In this document: in pieces, positions 29,746 to 43,120 of the stretch
Layout: every line of letters starts with the position of its first letter
Numbering within the stretch: the stretch's first letter is position 1
Source of the DNA: Planctomycetota bacterium
GTDB taxonomy: Bacteria; Planctomycetota; GCA-002687715; CAIWVZ01
Direction: 5' to 3'
DNA length: 64,000 nt
Assembly (NCBI GenBank): GCA_044222185.1
Contig: JBGANV010000001.1
Span: 544,001-608,000, forward strand
The notes under the pieces: model-generated
Seen by the model: only the letters and a program-made list of their open reading frames with translations
Told to the model about the DNA's origin: nothing
The model's database searches: none
Program-made: the position numbers and the translations under genes

Positions 29746-29913
29746 TGACTCGGGCGAACTCGCCCCCCGGGGAGCCGTGGCGGCGTCGCGCGGCGAAGGG
29801 GCGCTCGACTCGCTGCGCGCGCGGCACAACCTGGGCGGGAGAGCTTGCGCGTTGCCATCGGGCCCCGCCGGTCGCGTGAGCTCAAACGCGACGCGGCGCC
29901 GGCACGACGTTCA

Positions 29914-30978
29914 TCACCAGGTCAGACGCTGGACGTTGGAGCCACCCGCGTACGTGTCGCCCGTCGCGAGGAGGACGGCGACCGCTTCCCAGACCTGCCC
30001 GGAGAGGAACGAGAGCGTGCCCGGGGCAACGGTGAACGGCTGATCGGGGAACACGCCCGGGATGCCCACCGGGAAGTGAAGCGGGTTGCCAGCGAAGAGC
30101 GGCTGGCTGAAGATGCTCCACGTCAGCCCATCTGGCGAGATTCCGATCATCGGGCCGGTGCCCATCGGCGTGGTCGGGGTCGTCGTGAGCAGCAGGAAGC
30201 CGCTGGTCGCCGTGGGTGAAATCGCGGTCAGCCCGATGCTGAGATCGCCGACGCCGCCGCCCGTCGTGACTGCGGCCAGGATGTTGTTCGAGGAGAGCTC
30301 GGTGTTGTACGAGAGCGCGATCTCGGAAGCCGTCCGAGCGCGCAGCCAGAGGCGGAACTCGTCGAGCGTTCCGAACGTTCCGTTCGACGTCGCGTTGCCG
30401 CAGAGGATCATGGTTCCCGTCGGAGCCGGCACCGCGGCCTGCGTCGTCGGCGCCTGTGGGACGCCGTTGAAGTAACCAGTGATCGTGTTGGGACCCGGGT
30501 CGTACACGAACGCGTAGTGAGCCGATGATCCGATGGCCGGCACACCCGGGATCGTGACGGTCGTGAAACTCGTCCCCGAGAGCACCATGTTGCCGCCAGC
30601 GCTTCCGCAGAAGATGCGGAACCCGCTGCTCGACTGCTGACCGACGTGGTACTGGAGCGACGGCGCGCCGCCCTGCTTGAACCAGAACTCGATCGTCCAC
30701 GGAACGCCCGCGAGCGACGCGAGGTTGTAGTTCGTCGTGACGAAGTTCGAGGCCGAGGCCAGGTTCGTCCCGACGATCCCCGTCGAGAACTGTCCGGCGC
30801 CGAACGTGAGCGCGCCGTTGATGGTACCGGTCGGCACGCCGTATCCCGGAACCGCGACGTTCGTCAGCGACGTGCCGCTTCCTTCATTGAAGCGGTAGTA
30901 GATCGCCTCGGGCACGACCTGGGAGAGCGCGGTGGCGGTCAGGGACGCGAGAGCGACGAAGAGCAGAGCCGTTCGCAT
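29914..30978 (-). CDS. Secreted LamG/ConA-like domain protein
   Basis: Signal peptide; YYRFNEGSGT, WTIEFW, HYAFVYD, YFNG, GTLDEFRLW...RTASEI. Confidence 0.85.
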   Translation of the reverse strand: MRTALLFVALASLTATALSQVVPEAIYYRFNEGSGTSLTNVAVPGYGVPTGTINGALTFGAGQFSTGIVGTNLASASNFVTTNYNLASLAGVPWTIEFWFKQGGAPSLQYHVGQQSSSGFRIFCGSAGGNMVLSGTSFTTVTIPGVPAIGSSAHYAFVYDPGPNTITGYFNGVPQAPTTQAAVPAPTGTMILCGNATSNGTFGTLDEFRLWLRARTASEIALSYNTELSSNNILAAVTTGGGVGDLSIGLTAISPTATSGFLLLTTTPTTPMGTGPMIGISPDGLTWSIFSQPLFAGNPLHFPVGIPGVFPDQPFTVAPGTLSFLSGQVWEAVAVLLATGDTYAGGSNVQRLTW

Positions 30979-31094
30979 GGGGGCAAATCTCCGTGAGTTG
31001 TTCGGCGTCGAAGTCGACGGCGAATCATACACGGAGGCCTGTCGCCAACCGCATCGGCAAACGGCGCCGATGGGGGACCGACGCGCACTCAGGC

Positions 31095-31571
31095 TCAGCC
31101 GTCCAGCGTCGCTCTGAGGAACCATGCGTTCTTTTCGAAATCCCGCACGACGGCAGTCAGCTGATCGACGGTGTCCTGGTCTCGCACCTTCTCGGCGACG
31201 TCTCGTGCGCCTCGGACGCAGTCCAGGAACTGCTCGAAACGTTCGACGAGGTTGCGGACGTGGTCCAAGTCGCGCGTGGTCTGTTGTGGATATTCGGGCA
31301 GGCGGGATGTCTTCGCGACGTGTCGGGCCGTCCCGAAGGCGAGGGACCCCAGCGTGACCGCACGCTCCGCCATGTCATCCGTGAAACCGGCGAGCGCGAC
31401 GGCAAACGACTCGAAGAGCGGGTGGAGCGCTGCGAACTGTGGCCCCTTGACGTTCCAGTGCGCGACCTTGATCTGTGAGTAGAGGTCGAGCCCATCGGCG
31501 AGAAGCGCGTTCAGGGCGTTCGACAGCTCGATGCGTGCTGGCTCGGAAAGGCGGCTCGGAGATTGGCGCAT
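31095..31571 (-). CDS. dps: DNA starvation/stationary-phase protection protein Dps
   Basis: K.AHWNVKGPQF..LH.LFE, DDMAERA..LG, EK..WFL. Confidence 0.95.
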   Translation of the reverse strand: MRQSPSRLSEPARIELSNALNALLADGLDLYSQIKVAHWNVKGPQFAALHPLFESFAVALAGFTDDMAERAVTLGSLAFGTARHVAKTSRLPEYPQQTTRDLDHVRNLVERFEQFLDCVRGARDVAEKVRDQDTVDQLTAVVRDFEKNAWFLRATLDG

Positions 31572-31757
31572 GATCTGGATCCTTTCGTAGGGGCGCGCGC
31601 GCCGTCGGCGTGCGGCCGTCGCGCAAATGCCGCGAGTGAGCGCATTCTGCCCGGGGCACGTCGTGCAGGCCAATCGCCGTTCCGAATGGACGCGATTACC
31701 GGGCCTGGGAGTCTCAGGCAGGCGATCCTCGGTAACTCTGACCGGCTTCGCGCGGCG

Positions 31758-35180
<3,423 letters not shown>

Positions 35181-35255
35181 GGCGGCAGCCCGGATCGCCG
35201 CGGATCATACCGGCCGAACGCGGGCCCCGCAGCCGTGCGTGGCCGAGTCTGGCAA

Positions 35256-36614
35256 TCACCGGATCGGGATGCGCCCGTTGAGCACCGAGCCGTTTCGCAG
35301 GACGTGGATGTCCGGCGCCCGCCCGGCCCGGGCATAGGCTCGGACCTTCGCCGTCAGGTCGTTGGTGTCACGCACGCTGTAGTTGCCGAGCTGAAACAAC
35401 ACGTCCCCGGCCGCAAGCCCCACTTCGGCCGCGACGCTCTTGGCATCCACCTTCGTGATGACGACGCCTGCGTGTGACGCATCGAGGTTGAACTGCCGTG
35501 CCAGCGCGGGCGTGAGATCCGCGACCGACATCCCCACGGATTCGAAGGTCGTCTTGCTGAACGCGGCCAACGGGACCTCTTCGAGTTCGACGGGCACGTC
35601 CTTGACCTTGTCCGACTGGCGGACGGTGAACGTCACGGGCCTTCCGGGTGCCGACTCGAGCATCTCGATGTTGAGCGCAAGCCTCGACCGGATCGGGCGT
35701 CCGCTGACGGCCACGACCTGGTCACCCGTGGCGAGCGCGGTTTTCGCCGCCGGGCTGCCGTCGGCAACCTTCTCGACACGAACGCCCGCTCCGGCGTCCA
35801 CGAACTCGGCCCCGAGCCACGCACGGCGAACGACTTCCGGGTCGAGGAGCGTGGTCGCGACGTCTCGAACGCGGTTGATCGGGATCGCATAGCCGATGCC
35901 CGGTCCGCGGTTGTCGATGGCCACGTTGATGCCGATCACGTAGCCGTTGATGTCCAGGAGCGGCCCGCCGGAATTCCCCGGATTGATGAGGGCGCTCGTC
36001 TGGATGAAGTCCTTGAAGACGACCTTGCCCCGCATGGTGACGGAGCGGTTGCGGGCGGAGAGGATCCCCGTCGTCACCGAGTCCACCAGCCCGAACGGAT
36101 TGCCCAGCGCGATCGTCGTCTCGCCGACCATCAGCTGATCGCTGTCGCCGAGCGCCGCGTACGGAAACGGGCCCGGACCGTCGATCTTCAACACGGCGAT
36201 GTCGTTGTCCGTGTCGGAGTTGATCAACCGGGCGCCGAGCGTCGCGAGCTTGTGGTCCGGGTGCATGACCTGGACCTCGATCTGGTCGGCGCCTGACACG
36301 ACGTGGTCGTTGGTCACCACGTAGCCCGCGGGGTGGATGATGACGCCCGAGCCCATGGATCGTGGCGCCAATTGGCCGTTACCGTGGTCCACCTCGGGCA
36401 TCTGGAACAGGCCTGAGAACGGGTGGAACCTCGCGACGCGCGATTTGGTCGAAATCGAAACCACCGCGGGTCCGACGTTCTCGACGGCGAGGACGATCGG
36501 TGTGCGGCGTTCGAAGTTCGGGAGCTTGGGGGACTGGGCGTCCTGAGCGGAGACCTGCATGGCCGCCGCCGCGGCGGCGAGCAGGAGAAGCGGCAGTCGG
36601 GCTCGTGAATGCAT
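35256..36614 (-). CDS. HtrA/DegP-like serine protease with two PDZ domains
   Basis: GSGVII, TNDHVV, DIAVL, GNPFG, INPGNSGGPL. Confidence 0.93.
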   Translation of the reverse strand: MHSRARLPLLLLAAAAAAMQVSAQDAQSPKLPNFERRTPIVLAVENVGPAVVSISTKSRVARFHPFSGLFQMPEVDHGNGQLAPRSMGSGVIIHPAGYVVTNDHVVSGADQIEVQVMHPDHKLATLGARLINSDTDNDIAVLKIDGPGPFPYAALGDSDQLMVGETTIALGNPFGLVDSVTTGILSARNRSVTMRGKVVFKDFIQTSALINPGNSGGPLLDINGYVIGINVAIDNRGPGIGYAIPINRVRDVATTLLDPEVVRRAWLGAEFVDAGAGVRVEKVADGSPAAKTALATGDQVVAVSGRPIRSRLALNIEMLESAPGRPVTFTVRQSDKVKDVPVELEEVPLAAFSKTTFESVGMSVADLTPALARQFNLDASHAGVVITKVDAKSVAAEVGLAAGDVLFQLGNYSVRDTNDLTAKVRAYARAGRAPDIHVLRNGSVLNGRIPIR

Positions 36615-36748
36615 GGTTTGGTGTGACCTCCGTGGCCAGGTTTCCAAAGGCAACGGACAAACGTTCGCTCGCCAGATGATACGGTCCATCCCGCGATGCA
36701 CTCCCGCCGCCACGCGACGGGTACGCGGGTCTCGGAGGTTCGGATCAG

Positions 36749-37534
36749 ATGTTCACAAGCGTCTCGCGTAGCCGTATTCACACACTCGTGGTCCTGATCG
36801 GCCTCGGCCTGCCGTTCCTTGCGGCTGCCTGTTCGCAGGGCGGTGAGAAGCCGCCACCGGTGGAGGCCGGCTCGAGCCCCGAAGAACGTGAGAAGAAAGC
36901 GACGGCACTGTGGCTCGAGGCCGAGTCCGCCGACCCGGCACGCAAGCTCGAGCTCTACCGGAAGGTCATCGCCGTCTATCCGGACACGAAGCGGGCGCAG
37001 GAGGTGTACTTGAGCCTCGTGGTCTACCTCGTGCGCGAGACGCCGCCGCTGCTCGACGAGGCGCTGCGGCATTCGAAGGCCTACGCCGACCGGCACCCAA
37101 CGGACCTTCGTTGGAGCGAGTGCTTCCTCCAGGTCACCGACACGGCGACGTACACGAAGGACGCGACGATCCGAGCCGCCGCGCTCTCGGCGTGGAGCCA
37201 GGAACTCGAGAAACACGACGTCGCGGCCGACATCCCCAAGATCGACCTCCTCCCGGATCTCGCGGGCGTGCGGATCCGCCAGGAACGCTGGCAGGACGCC
37301 GATGTGGCTCTGGATTCGGCCCTCGGGGAGACCACGCTGCCGCCCGCCCGTCGCGTGGAACTCCTCGTGCGACAGGGGGACCTGCGCGGGTTCAAGCTCG
37401 GAAAGAAAACCGAGGCGCGCGCGTGTTTCGATCAGGCGCTGGAACTCTCGAAGGCGCTGCAGGTCGCGGGAACCAAGCGCGCGGGTTACGCGCCCGAAGA
37501 CATCCAGGGCGAGATCAAGAAGCTCGACGGATGA
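36749..37534 (+). CDS. TPR-like lipoprotein
   Basis: Lipobox AAAC; helical repeats (YRKVIAVYP, ARACFDQALEL). Confidence 0.7.
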   Translation: MFTSVSRSRIHTLVVLIGLGLPFLAAACSQGGEKPPPVEAGSSPEEREKKATALWLEAESADPARKLELYRKVIAVYPDTKRAQEVYLSLVVYLVRETPPLLDEALRHSKAYADRHPTDLRWSECFLQVTDTATYTKDATIRAAALSAWSQELEKHDVAADIPKIDLLPDLAGVRIRQERWQDADVALDSALGETTLPPARRVELLVRQGDLRGFKLGKKTEARACFDQALELSKALQVAGTKRAGYAPEDIQGEIKKLDG

Positions 37535-37540
37535 CGGGGT

Positions 37541-38116
37541 TCACTTGGGCGCAGGCTGAGGTGGCGTGCCCGGGGCATTCCCGCCGGTCTGCTTCGCCCA
37601 CTCCTCCTGCGCCTTGACGAGCCACGACTCGGCGAGCGGGCGAACGTGCGTCATGTGCAGCTCGAACGCCTTGCTGCCCTGTACGCCCTTCGCCGTGTTT
37701 CCCCGCAGCTGGTCCTGGAACGACTCGGGAAGGAAACTGCCGATGCTGACGACGATCTGAAGCGCGAGGCCACATATGCCCGCGCCCTTTGCCGCACCGA
37801 TCAGGAACCCCAGCGAGCGGTCGGCCGATCCCATGCGCAACCCCTCGATCGCCTTGCGTGCGAGGTGCCCGAAGAAGCTCATGACGACGTAGACGAGGAT
37901 TCCGATGGCGACCCAGGCCAGCGCGACCCGCTGGACCTTCGGCCACTCGATGAAACGCACCATGAACTCCGCCACGTTCTCGGCCTGCGATCGGGCGACG
38001 ACGATCGCCAGCACGATGCTCCCGATGCGGAAGACCTGCCACGCGAAGCCGCGCATGGCGCCGATGATCCCGTTGAGCAGGATGATCCCGATGGCGACGA
38101 GGTCGACGACGTTCAT
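37541..38116 (-). CDS. cvpA: CvpA (colicin V production) family membrane protein
   Basis: MN.VD..., G..RGF, DRSLGFLIGAAKG. Confidence 0.85.
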   Translation of the reverse strand: MNVVDLVAIGIILLNGIIGAMRGFAWQVFRIGSIVLAIVVARSQAENVAEFMVRFIEWPKVQRVALAWVAIGILVYVVMSFFGHLARKAIEGLRMGSADRSLGFLIGAAKGAGICGLALQIVVSIGSFLPESFQDQLRGNTAKGVQGSKAFELHMTHVRPLAESWLVKAQEEWAKQTGGNAPGTPPQPAPK

Positions 38117-38205
38117 GGCGGAAATCTCCGTTGGCTGCGGGCGCGCATTCGGACGGATACGTGCGACTCCGAATCCGTTCGCGGCGAGGGTTGGCCGGAA
38201 TGAAA

Positions 38206-38236
38206 GGAGCCTCACGGGGGTTGCCCGCGAGGCTCC
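38206..38236 (-). terminator. Hairpin 3' of tRNA-Val
   Basis: GGAGCCTC(A/G)CGGG inverted repeat followed on minus strand by TTTCATT. Confidence 0.55.
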
Positions 38237-38248
38237 GCGTCCGATCGA

Positions 38249-38322
38249 TGGGCGTAACAGGACTCGAACCTGTGACCTCCACAATGTCAATGTGGCGCTC
38301 TAGCCAACTGAGCTATACGCCC
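38249..38322 (-). tRNA. tRNA-Val (GAC)
   Basis: GGGCGTA acceptor, CCACA-TT-GAC-AT-TGTGG anticodon arm, GGTTCGAGTCC T-arm. Confidence 0.97.
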
Positions 38323-38556
38323 CATTTCGGGGGCCTCATTCTCCAAAGGTCGCGAGGGGACACAAGGCCGGAGCGCGGAGAGGTTTCGGAGGGGAGCGAC
38401 CTCGACTCGCGGCGGGATGGCCATCGATCTCCGAGACCGCTCGCGGGGGGCGGGCGGCTGCGACCTGCGCGCGCTTGAAGTCATACACCACCCGGATAAC
38501 ACCTTGCGATCCGCTGAGCCGGCACACCGCCGCGAGCCGGCGGTACGAGGTCCACG

Positions 38557-39666
38557 ATGCTCATCGGAATCCCGCGCGAAGTGAAAACCGACGAAGGTCG
38601 GGTTGCCATCGTCCCTGCCGGCGTGGACACGCTCGTCCGCAAGGGCCACAAGGTCATCATCGAAACGAACGCCGGCGTGAAGTCCGGCATCACGGATGCG
38701 GCATACCAGGCAGCCGGCGCCCAGATCGTGGCGACCGCCGCCGAGGTGTGGTCCAAGGCCGAGATGATCATCAAGGTGAAGGAGCCGCTTCCGCAGGAGT
38801 GGCCCATGATCCGGCGTGATCAACTCCTGTTCACCTACTTCCATTTCGCCGCGTCGCGTGAGTTGACGGAGGCGATCATCAAGACCGGCGCCCACGCCAT
38901 CGCCTACGAGACGCTCGAGTCGAAGGGGAGCCTGCCGCTCCTGACACCGATGAGCGAAGTGGCGGGCCGGATGGCGGTCCAGGAGGGCGCGAAGTGGCTC
39001 GAGGCTCCCATGGGCGGGGCCGGGGTCCTGCTCGGGGGCGTCCCTGGAGTACCGACCGCGAATGTGATGATTCTCGGAGGTGGCATCGTCGGGACGAACG
39101 CGGCGCGCATCGCTGCGGGCATGGGCGCCCGGGTGACGATCCTCGACATCAACCTCGATCGGCTTCGCTACCTCAGCGAGATCATGCCGGCGAACGTGAC
39201 GCCGATCTTCTCCAACGCCTACACGATCCGGGAGATGCTGAAGACGACGCACCTGCTCGTCGGGGCCGTGCTCGTACCTGGCGCCAAGGCTCCGGCCCTC
39301 GTCAACCGAGAGATGTTGCGTGGGATGCCGCGGGGCGCGGTCCTCGTCGACGTCGCCGTCGATCAGGGAGGCTGCGTGGAGACGTGCCGGGCGACGACGC
39401 ACAGCAACCCCGTCTACACGGAAGAGGGCGTGATCCACTACTGCGTGGCGAACATGCCAGGCGCCGTGCCGCAAACCAGCACGTTCGCCCTGACGAACGC
39501 CACGCTGCCGTACGCCGTCAAGCTGGCGGCAAAGGGCGTCGCCGCGCTCCGCGAGGATCCCGAGCTCGCGACGGCGGCGAACATCATCGGCGGCAAGATC
39601 ACCTACAAGAACGTGGCCGACGCGTTCGGCATGCCGTCGGTTTCGCTCAGCGCAGCCCTCGGCTGA
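38557..39666 (+). CDS. ald: Alanine dehydrogenase
   Basis: KVKEP, PMSEVAGR, LLGGVPGV, DVAVDQGGC, HYCVANMPGAVP. Confidence 0.97.
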   Translation: MLIGIPREVKTDEGRVAIVPAGVDTLVRKGHKVIIETNAGVKSGITDAAYQAAGAQIVATAAEVWSKAEMIIKVKEPLPQEWPMIRRDQLLFTYFHFAASRELTEAIIKTGAHAIAYETLESKGSLPLLTPMSEVAGRMAVQEGAKWLEAPMGGAGVLLGGVPGVPTANVMILGGGIVGTNAARIAAGMGARVTILDINLDRLRYLSEIMPANVTPIFSNAYTIREMLKTTHLLVGAVLVPGAKAPALVNREMLRGMPRGAVLVDVAVDQGGCVETCRATTHSNPVYTEEGVIHYCVANMPGAVPQTSTFALTNATLPYAVKLAAKGVAALREDPELATAANIIGGKITYKNVADAFGMPSVSLSAALG

Positions 39667-39726
39667 TCCGTTCCGCTGGCGGCGCCCGCACGCGACGAAC
39701 GCGGACCGGGCGCCGATCGGGGGGAG

Positions 39727-40710
39727 ATGAAGACCGCACTGATCACGGGGATTACCGGCCAGGACGGTTCCCATCTGGCCGAGTTCCTCCTGGCGCGCGG
39801 TTATCGCGTCGCCGGGATGATTCGCCGCACGAGCGCCGAGCATCACGAGCGCATCGCCCACCTCGCCGGGCAGATCGAGCTTCACCAGGGCGACCTCCTG
39901 GATCAGATGTCGCTCATCCGTCTCGTGGAGGCGGTGAAGCCGGACGAGATCTACAACCTGGCGGCCATGTCGTTCGTGCCTGCGTCATTCACGCAACCCG
40001 TCTTGACGGGCGAGTACACGGCGCTCGGGGTGACGCGTCTCCTCGAAGCCGTGCGCCTCGTGAACCCGCGGATCCGCTTCTATCAGGCATCTTCGTCGGA
40101 GATGTTCGGGAAGGTGCGCGCGACGCCCCAGAACGAGTTGACGGCGTTCCACCCGCGAAGTCCCTACGGCGTCGCCAAGGTGTTCGCCCACTTGATCACG
40201 GTCAACTACCGTGAGTCGTACGGGCTCCACGCGTCGTCGGGGATCATGTTCAATCACGAGGGGCCGCGTCGAGGGCTCGAATTCGTGACGCGCAAGATCA
40301 CCGATGGAGTCGCACGGGTGAAGCACCAGGTCGCCGACTGCATCCTCCTGGGGAACCTGGATGCGCGGAGAGACTGGGGATACGCGGGGGACTACGTCCG
40401 CGCCATGTGGCTCATGCTCCAGCAACCCGATCCTGGCGACTACGTCATCGCGACCGGCGTCATGCACAGCGTCCGCGAGTTCGCGGAGGCGGCGTTCGCC
40501 CGTGTCGGGCTCGACTACACGAAGCACGTGAAGACCGATCCATCCCTGCTGCGTCCCGCGGAGGTCGATCACCTCCAAGGCGACGCCACGCTTGCTCGCA
40601 CGCGGCTCGGTTGGAAGCCGGAGGTCGGGTTCCAGCAGATGGTCGCCATGATGGTCGATGCGGATTGCGCCCGATGGGCCGCGCGGCGCTCGACGCCGCG
40701 GCAACCCTGA
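39727..40710 (+). CDS. gmd: GDP-mannose 4,6-dehydratase
   Basis: ALITGITGQDG, YQASSSEMFG, PRSPYGVAK, FVTRKI, RDWG. Confidence 0.97.
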   Translation: MKTALITGITGQDGSHLAEFLLARGYRVAGMIRRTSAEHHERIAHLAGQIELHQGDLLDQMSLIRLVEAVKPDEIYNLAAMSFVPASFTQPVLTGEYTALGVTRLLEAVRLVNPRIRFYQASSSEMFGKVRATPQNELTAFHPRSPYGVAKVFAHLITVNYRESYGLHASSGIMFNHEGPRRGLEFVTRKITDGVARVKHQVADCILLGNLDARRDWGYAGDYVRAMWLMLQQPDPGDYVIATGVMHSVREFAEAAFARVGLDYTKHVKTDPSLLRPAEVDHLQGDATLARTRLGWKPEVGFQQMVAMMVDADCARWAARRSTPRQP

Positions 40711-40718
40711 CGCGGCCC

Positions 40719-41693
40719 ATGCTTCGCCTTCACGGAGCGGCACTCGTCATCGGCGCCGAGGGGTTCGTCGGCAGTCACATGACCGGACCGCTCGCCGAAT
40801 CGGGCCTGACCGTCGTCGGCGCCGGTCGAAGACCGCGGACCGACGCTCCCCTCGAGCGATGGCACACGATCGACGTCCGTGACGCGGATGCGGTGGAGCG
40901 CCTCGTGACCGTGGTCCGGCCCTCGGTCGTCGTCCACCTCGCGGGCGTCACCCATCTCCCGAAGGTGCTGGAGGCGCCGGCTGAGGCGTTCCAGGTCAAC
41001 GTGGTCGGGACGCGGAACGTGCTCGAGGCCGTGAGGCGTCACGCACCGGCGGCCCGCGTGCTGCTCGTGTCGTCGGCGGCCGTCTACGGGAGCCCGAGCC
41101 CCGACCTCCTACCGCTCGACGAGGATTCGCCATTGCTTGCCGAGCACCCGTACGGGGTGCAGAAGATCGCCGTCGAATGTCTGGGCGAGCGCTACCGAGC
41201 CGATTTCGGGGTTCCGATCGTGATCGCGCGCCCGTTCAATCACCTGGGCCTGCGGCAGGAGGCGCGGTTCGCCGCGTCGTCGTTCGCCGACAAGCTTGCC
41301 GCCATCGAGGTCGAGCGGGCACCCGCCGTCATGAAAGTGGGGAATCTCGAACCCAGGCGCGACATCCTCGACGTGCGCGACGTGGTTTCGGCATACATCC
41401 GGCTCCTGCAGATGGACGACTTCGAGGGGACCTACGTCGTCGCCCGCGGGCGATCGACCCGGATCGGAGACATCCTCGACCTGTTCCTGAAGCACGCGCG
41501 GTGTCCGGTCACCGTGGAATCCGATCCATCGCTCTTCCGGAAGCATGACGCGCCGGACCTCGTGGGATCGCCGGCACGGCTGCGAGCGCGCACCGGCTGG
41601 GAGCCGACGGTCCCCCTGGAAGAAACGCTGCTCGGAATCCTGGACGAGGCGCGAGCCCGGATCCGCACGCGTGAGGATCGCGCCGGCGGATGA
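40719..41693 (+). CDS. GDP-4-keto-6-deoxy-D-mannose reductase-like extended SDR
   Basis: GAEGFVG, YGVQK, RPFNH.G.RQ, VGNLE.RRD..DVRDVV; directly after gmd. Confidence 0.8.
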   Translation: MLRLHGAALVIGAEGFVGSHMTGPLAESGLTVVGAGRRPRTDAPLERWHTIDVRDADAVERLVTVVRPSVVVHLAGVTHLPKVLEAPAEAFQVNVVGTRNVLEAVRRHAPAARVLLVSSAAVYGSPSPDLLPLDEDSPLLAEHPYGVQKIAVECLGERYRADFGVPIVIARPFNHLGLRQEARFAASSFADKLAAIEVERAPAVMKVGNLEPRRDILDVRDVVSAYIRLLQMDDFEGTYVVARGRSTRIGDILDLFLKHARCPVTVESDPSLFRKHDAPDLVGSPARLRARTGWEPTVPLEETLLGILDEARARIRTREDRAGG

Positions 41694-43111
41694 CGGCAGC
41701 CAGCGGCGACCTCACTCGCGGATCGCTCGCCAGAAAGGCGTTCTGGTTCGGACTGCCGATCTCCGTCGCGCTCGCCCTCCACGCCCTCGTGAACCTCGTC
41801 GACCTCGTGATCATCGGGCGCCTGCCCGAGGGCGCGATCGCCGCGGTGCAGGTGCCCGGGACGATCGTCATGGTTCCCATGGTCATCTTCGATGGGATCT
41901 GCTCGCTGGTCGTCGCGCTGGTCGCTCAAGCCCGCGGCGGAGGGCGCCCGGCCGAAGCCGTGCGTGTTTGCTGGGAATCGTTGTGGATCGCGCTCGGCGG
42001 CACGGTCGCGTGCATCGTCGCAACACCCTGGGCCGAGTCGTTCATGCGCGCGAACTTCGACCTGGCGGACGCGGCCGCGATGCAGGACGGCGTCGTGTAC
42101 CTGCGAGTGATGATGTACGGCGCCGGCACCATGTTCTTCATCCTGGCGACGACGGCGGTCCTGCGCGGGGCGGGCAACTCGTTCTGGCCCATGGTGATCC
42201 TCATCGGGACGAACGTAGTCAACCTCGTCCTGAACCTGGCACTCGTGTTCGGCATGTGGGGATTCCCGGCGCTCGGTGTCGCCGGGTCGGCCTGGGCGTC
42301 CGTGATCGCACGAGGCGCTGGTGCGCTACTTGGCGTCATCCTGCTGTGGCGCGGGATCGGTGGCGTGGCCCTTCGAGGGACGCGCCTGCCGCTGGGCATT
42401 CCCCATTGGCGCCAGCTGATCCTGGGCGGGCTTCCGTCCTCGCTCCAACTGTGCATCCGCATCACGGCGGGCATGGTGCTCTTGAAGATCGTATTGGCGA
42501 CGGGAACGGGCGGCCGGACGACGCTGCTCGACGGTGTCGGCATCTCCATTCGGCTCGAGATGATCGCCATGTTCGTCATCTTCGGCTGGGGCTCCGCTGC
42601 TACTGCCGTCGTCGGTCAGAACCTCGGTGCAGGGATGGCGAAGCGCGCCGCCGTGGGTGCGTGGATCACCGTCGCGTATGCGGCAATCGTCAGCGTCGTC
42701 ATCGCGATCCTGATCTGGGTCTTCCGGGAAGCGCTCTTCCACCTCGTCATGCCCGGCCTGGGCGCCGAGGGATTCGCCATCGGCACCGACTACCTCAGGG
42801 CGACGCTGCCGTTCTATTCGGTCGTCGCCGTGGGAGCGGTGCTCGGTCGTGCGCTCAACGGTGCGACGAGCACGAAGACGCCGCTCGTCATCGACCTCGT
42901 GTGCTACGTCCTGATTCTTTGCCCGCTCGCCGCGTGGGCGTCCGGAGCGGGCCTCGGCCCCTACTTGTTGGGGCGCAGCCCGGACGTCTCCCAGGCGTGG
43001 CGCGTCCTGGTCGGCGTCCACATTCTCGCCTCGATCATCTACAGCGTTGTGTTCAGCCGCGGGACCTGGAAGAAAAAAGGACTGGCGGCCTCGGGTCGGT
43101 TGGCTGCTTGA
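41690..43111 (+). CDS. MATE family transporter
   Basis: DLT.G, LRGAG, LGVAG.AWA, VGQNLGA; many TM helices. Confidence 0.92.
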   Translation: MTAASGDLTRGSLARKAFWFGLPISVALALHALVNLVDLVIIGRLPEGAIAAVQVPGTIVMVPMVIFDGICSLVVALVAQARGGGRPAEAVRVCWESLWIALGGTVACIVATPWAESFMRANFDLADAAAMQDGVVYLRVMMYGAGTMFFILATTAVLRGAGNSFWPMVILIGTNVVNLVLNLALVFGMWGFPALGVAGSAWASVIARGAGALLGVILLWRGIGGVALRGTRLPLGIPHWRQLILGGLPSSLQLCIRITAGMVLLKIVLATGTGGRTTLLDGVGISIRLEMIAMFVIFGWGSAATAVVGQNLGAGMAKRAAVGAWITVAYAAIVSVVIAILIWVFREALFHLVMPGLGAEGFAIGTDYLRATLPFYSVVAVGAVLGRALNGATSTKTPLVIDLVCYVLILCPLAAWASGAGLGPYLLGRSPDVSQAWRVLVGVHILASIIYSVVFSRGTWKKKGLAASGRLAA

Positions 43112-43120
43112 AGGGTCTTC

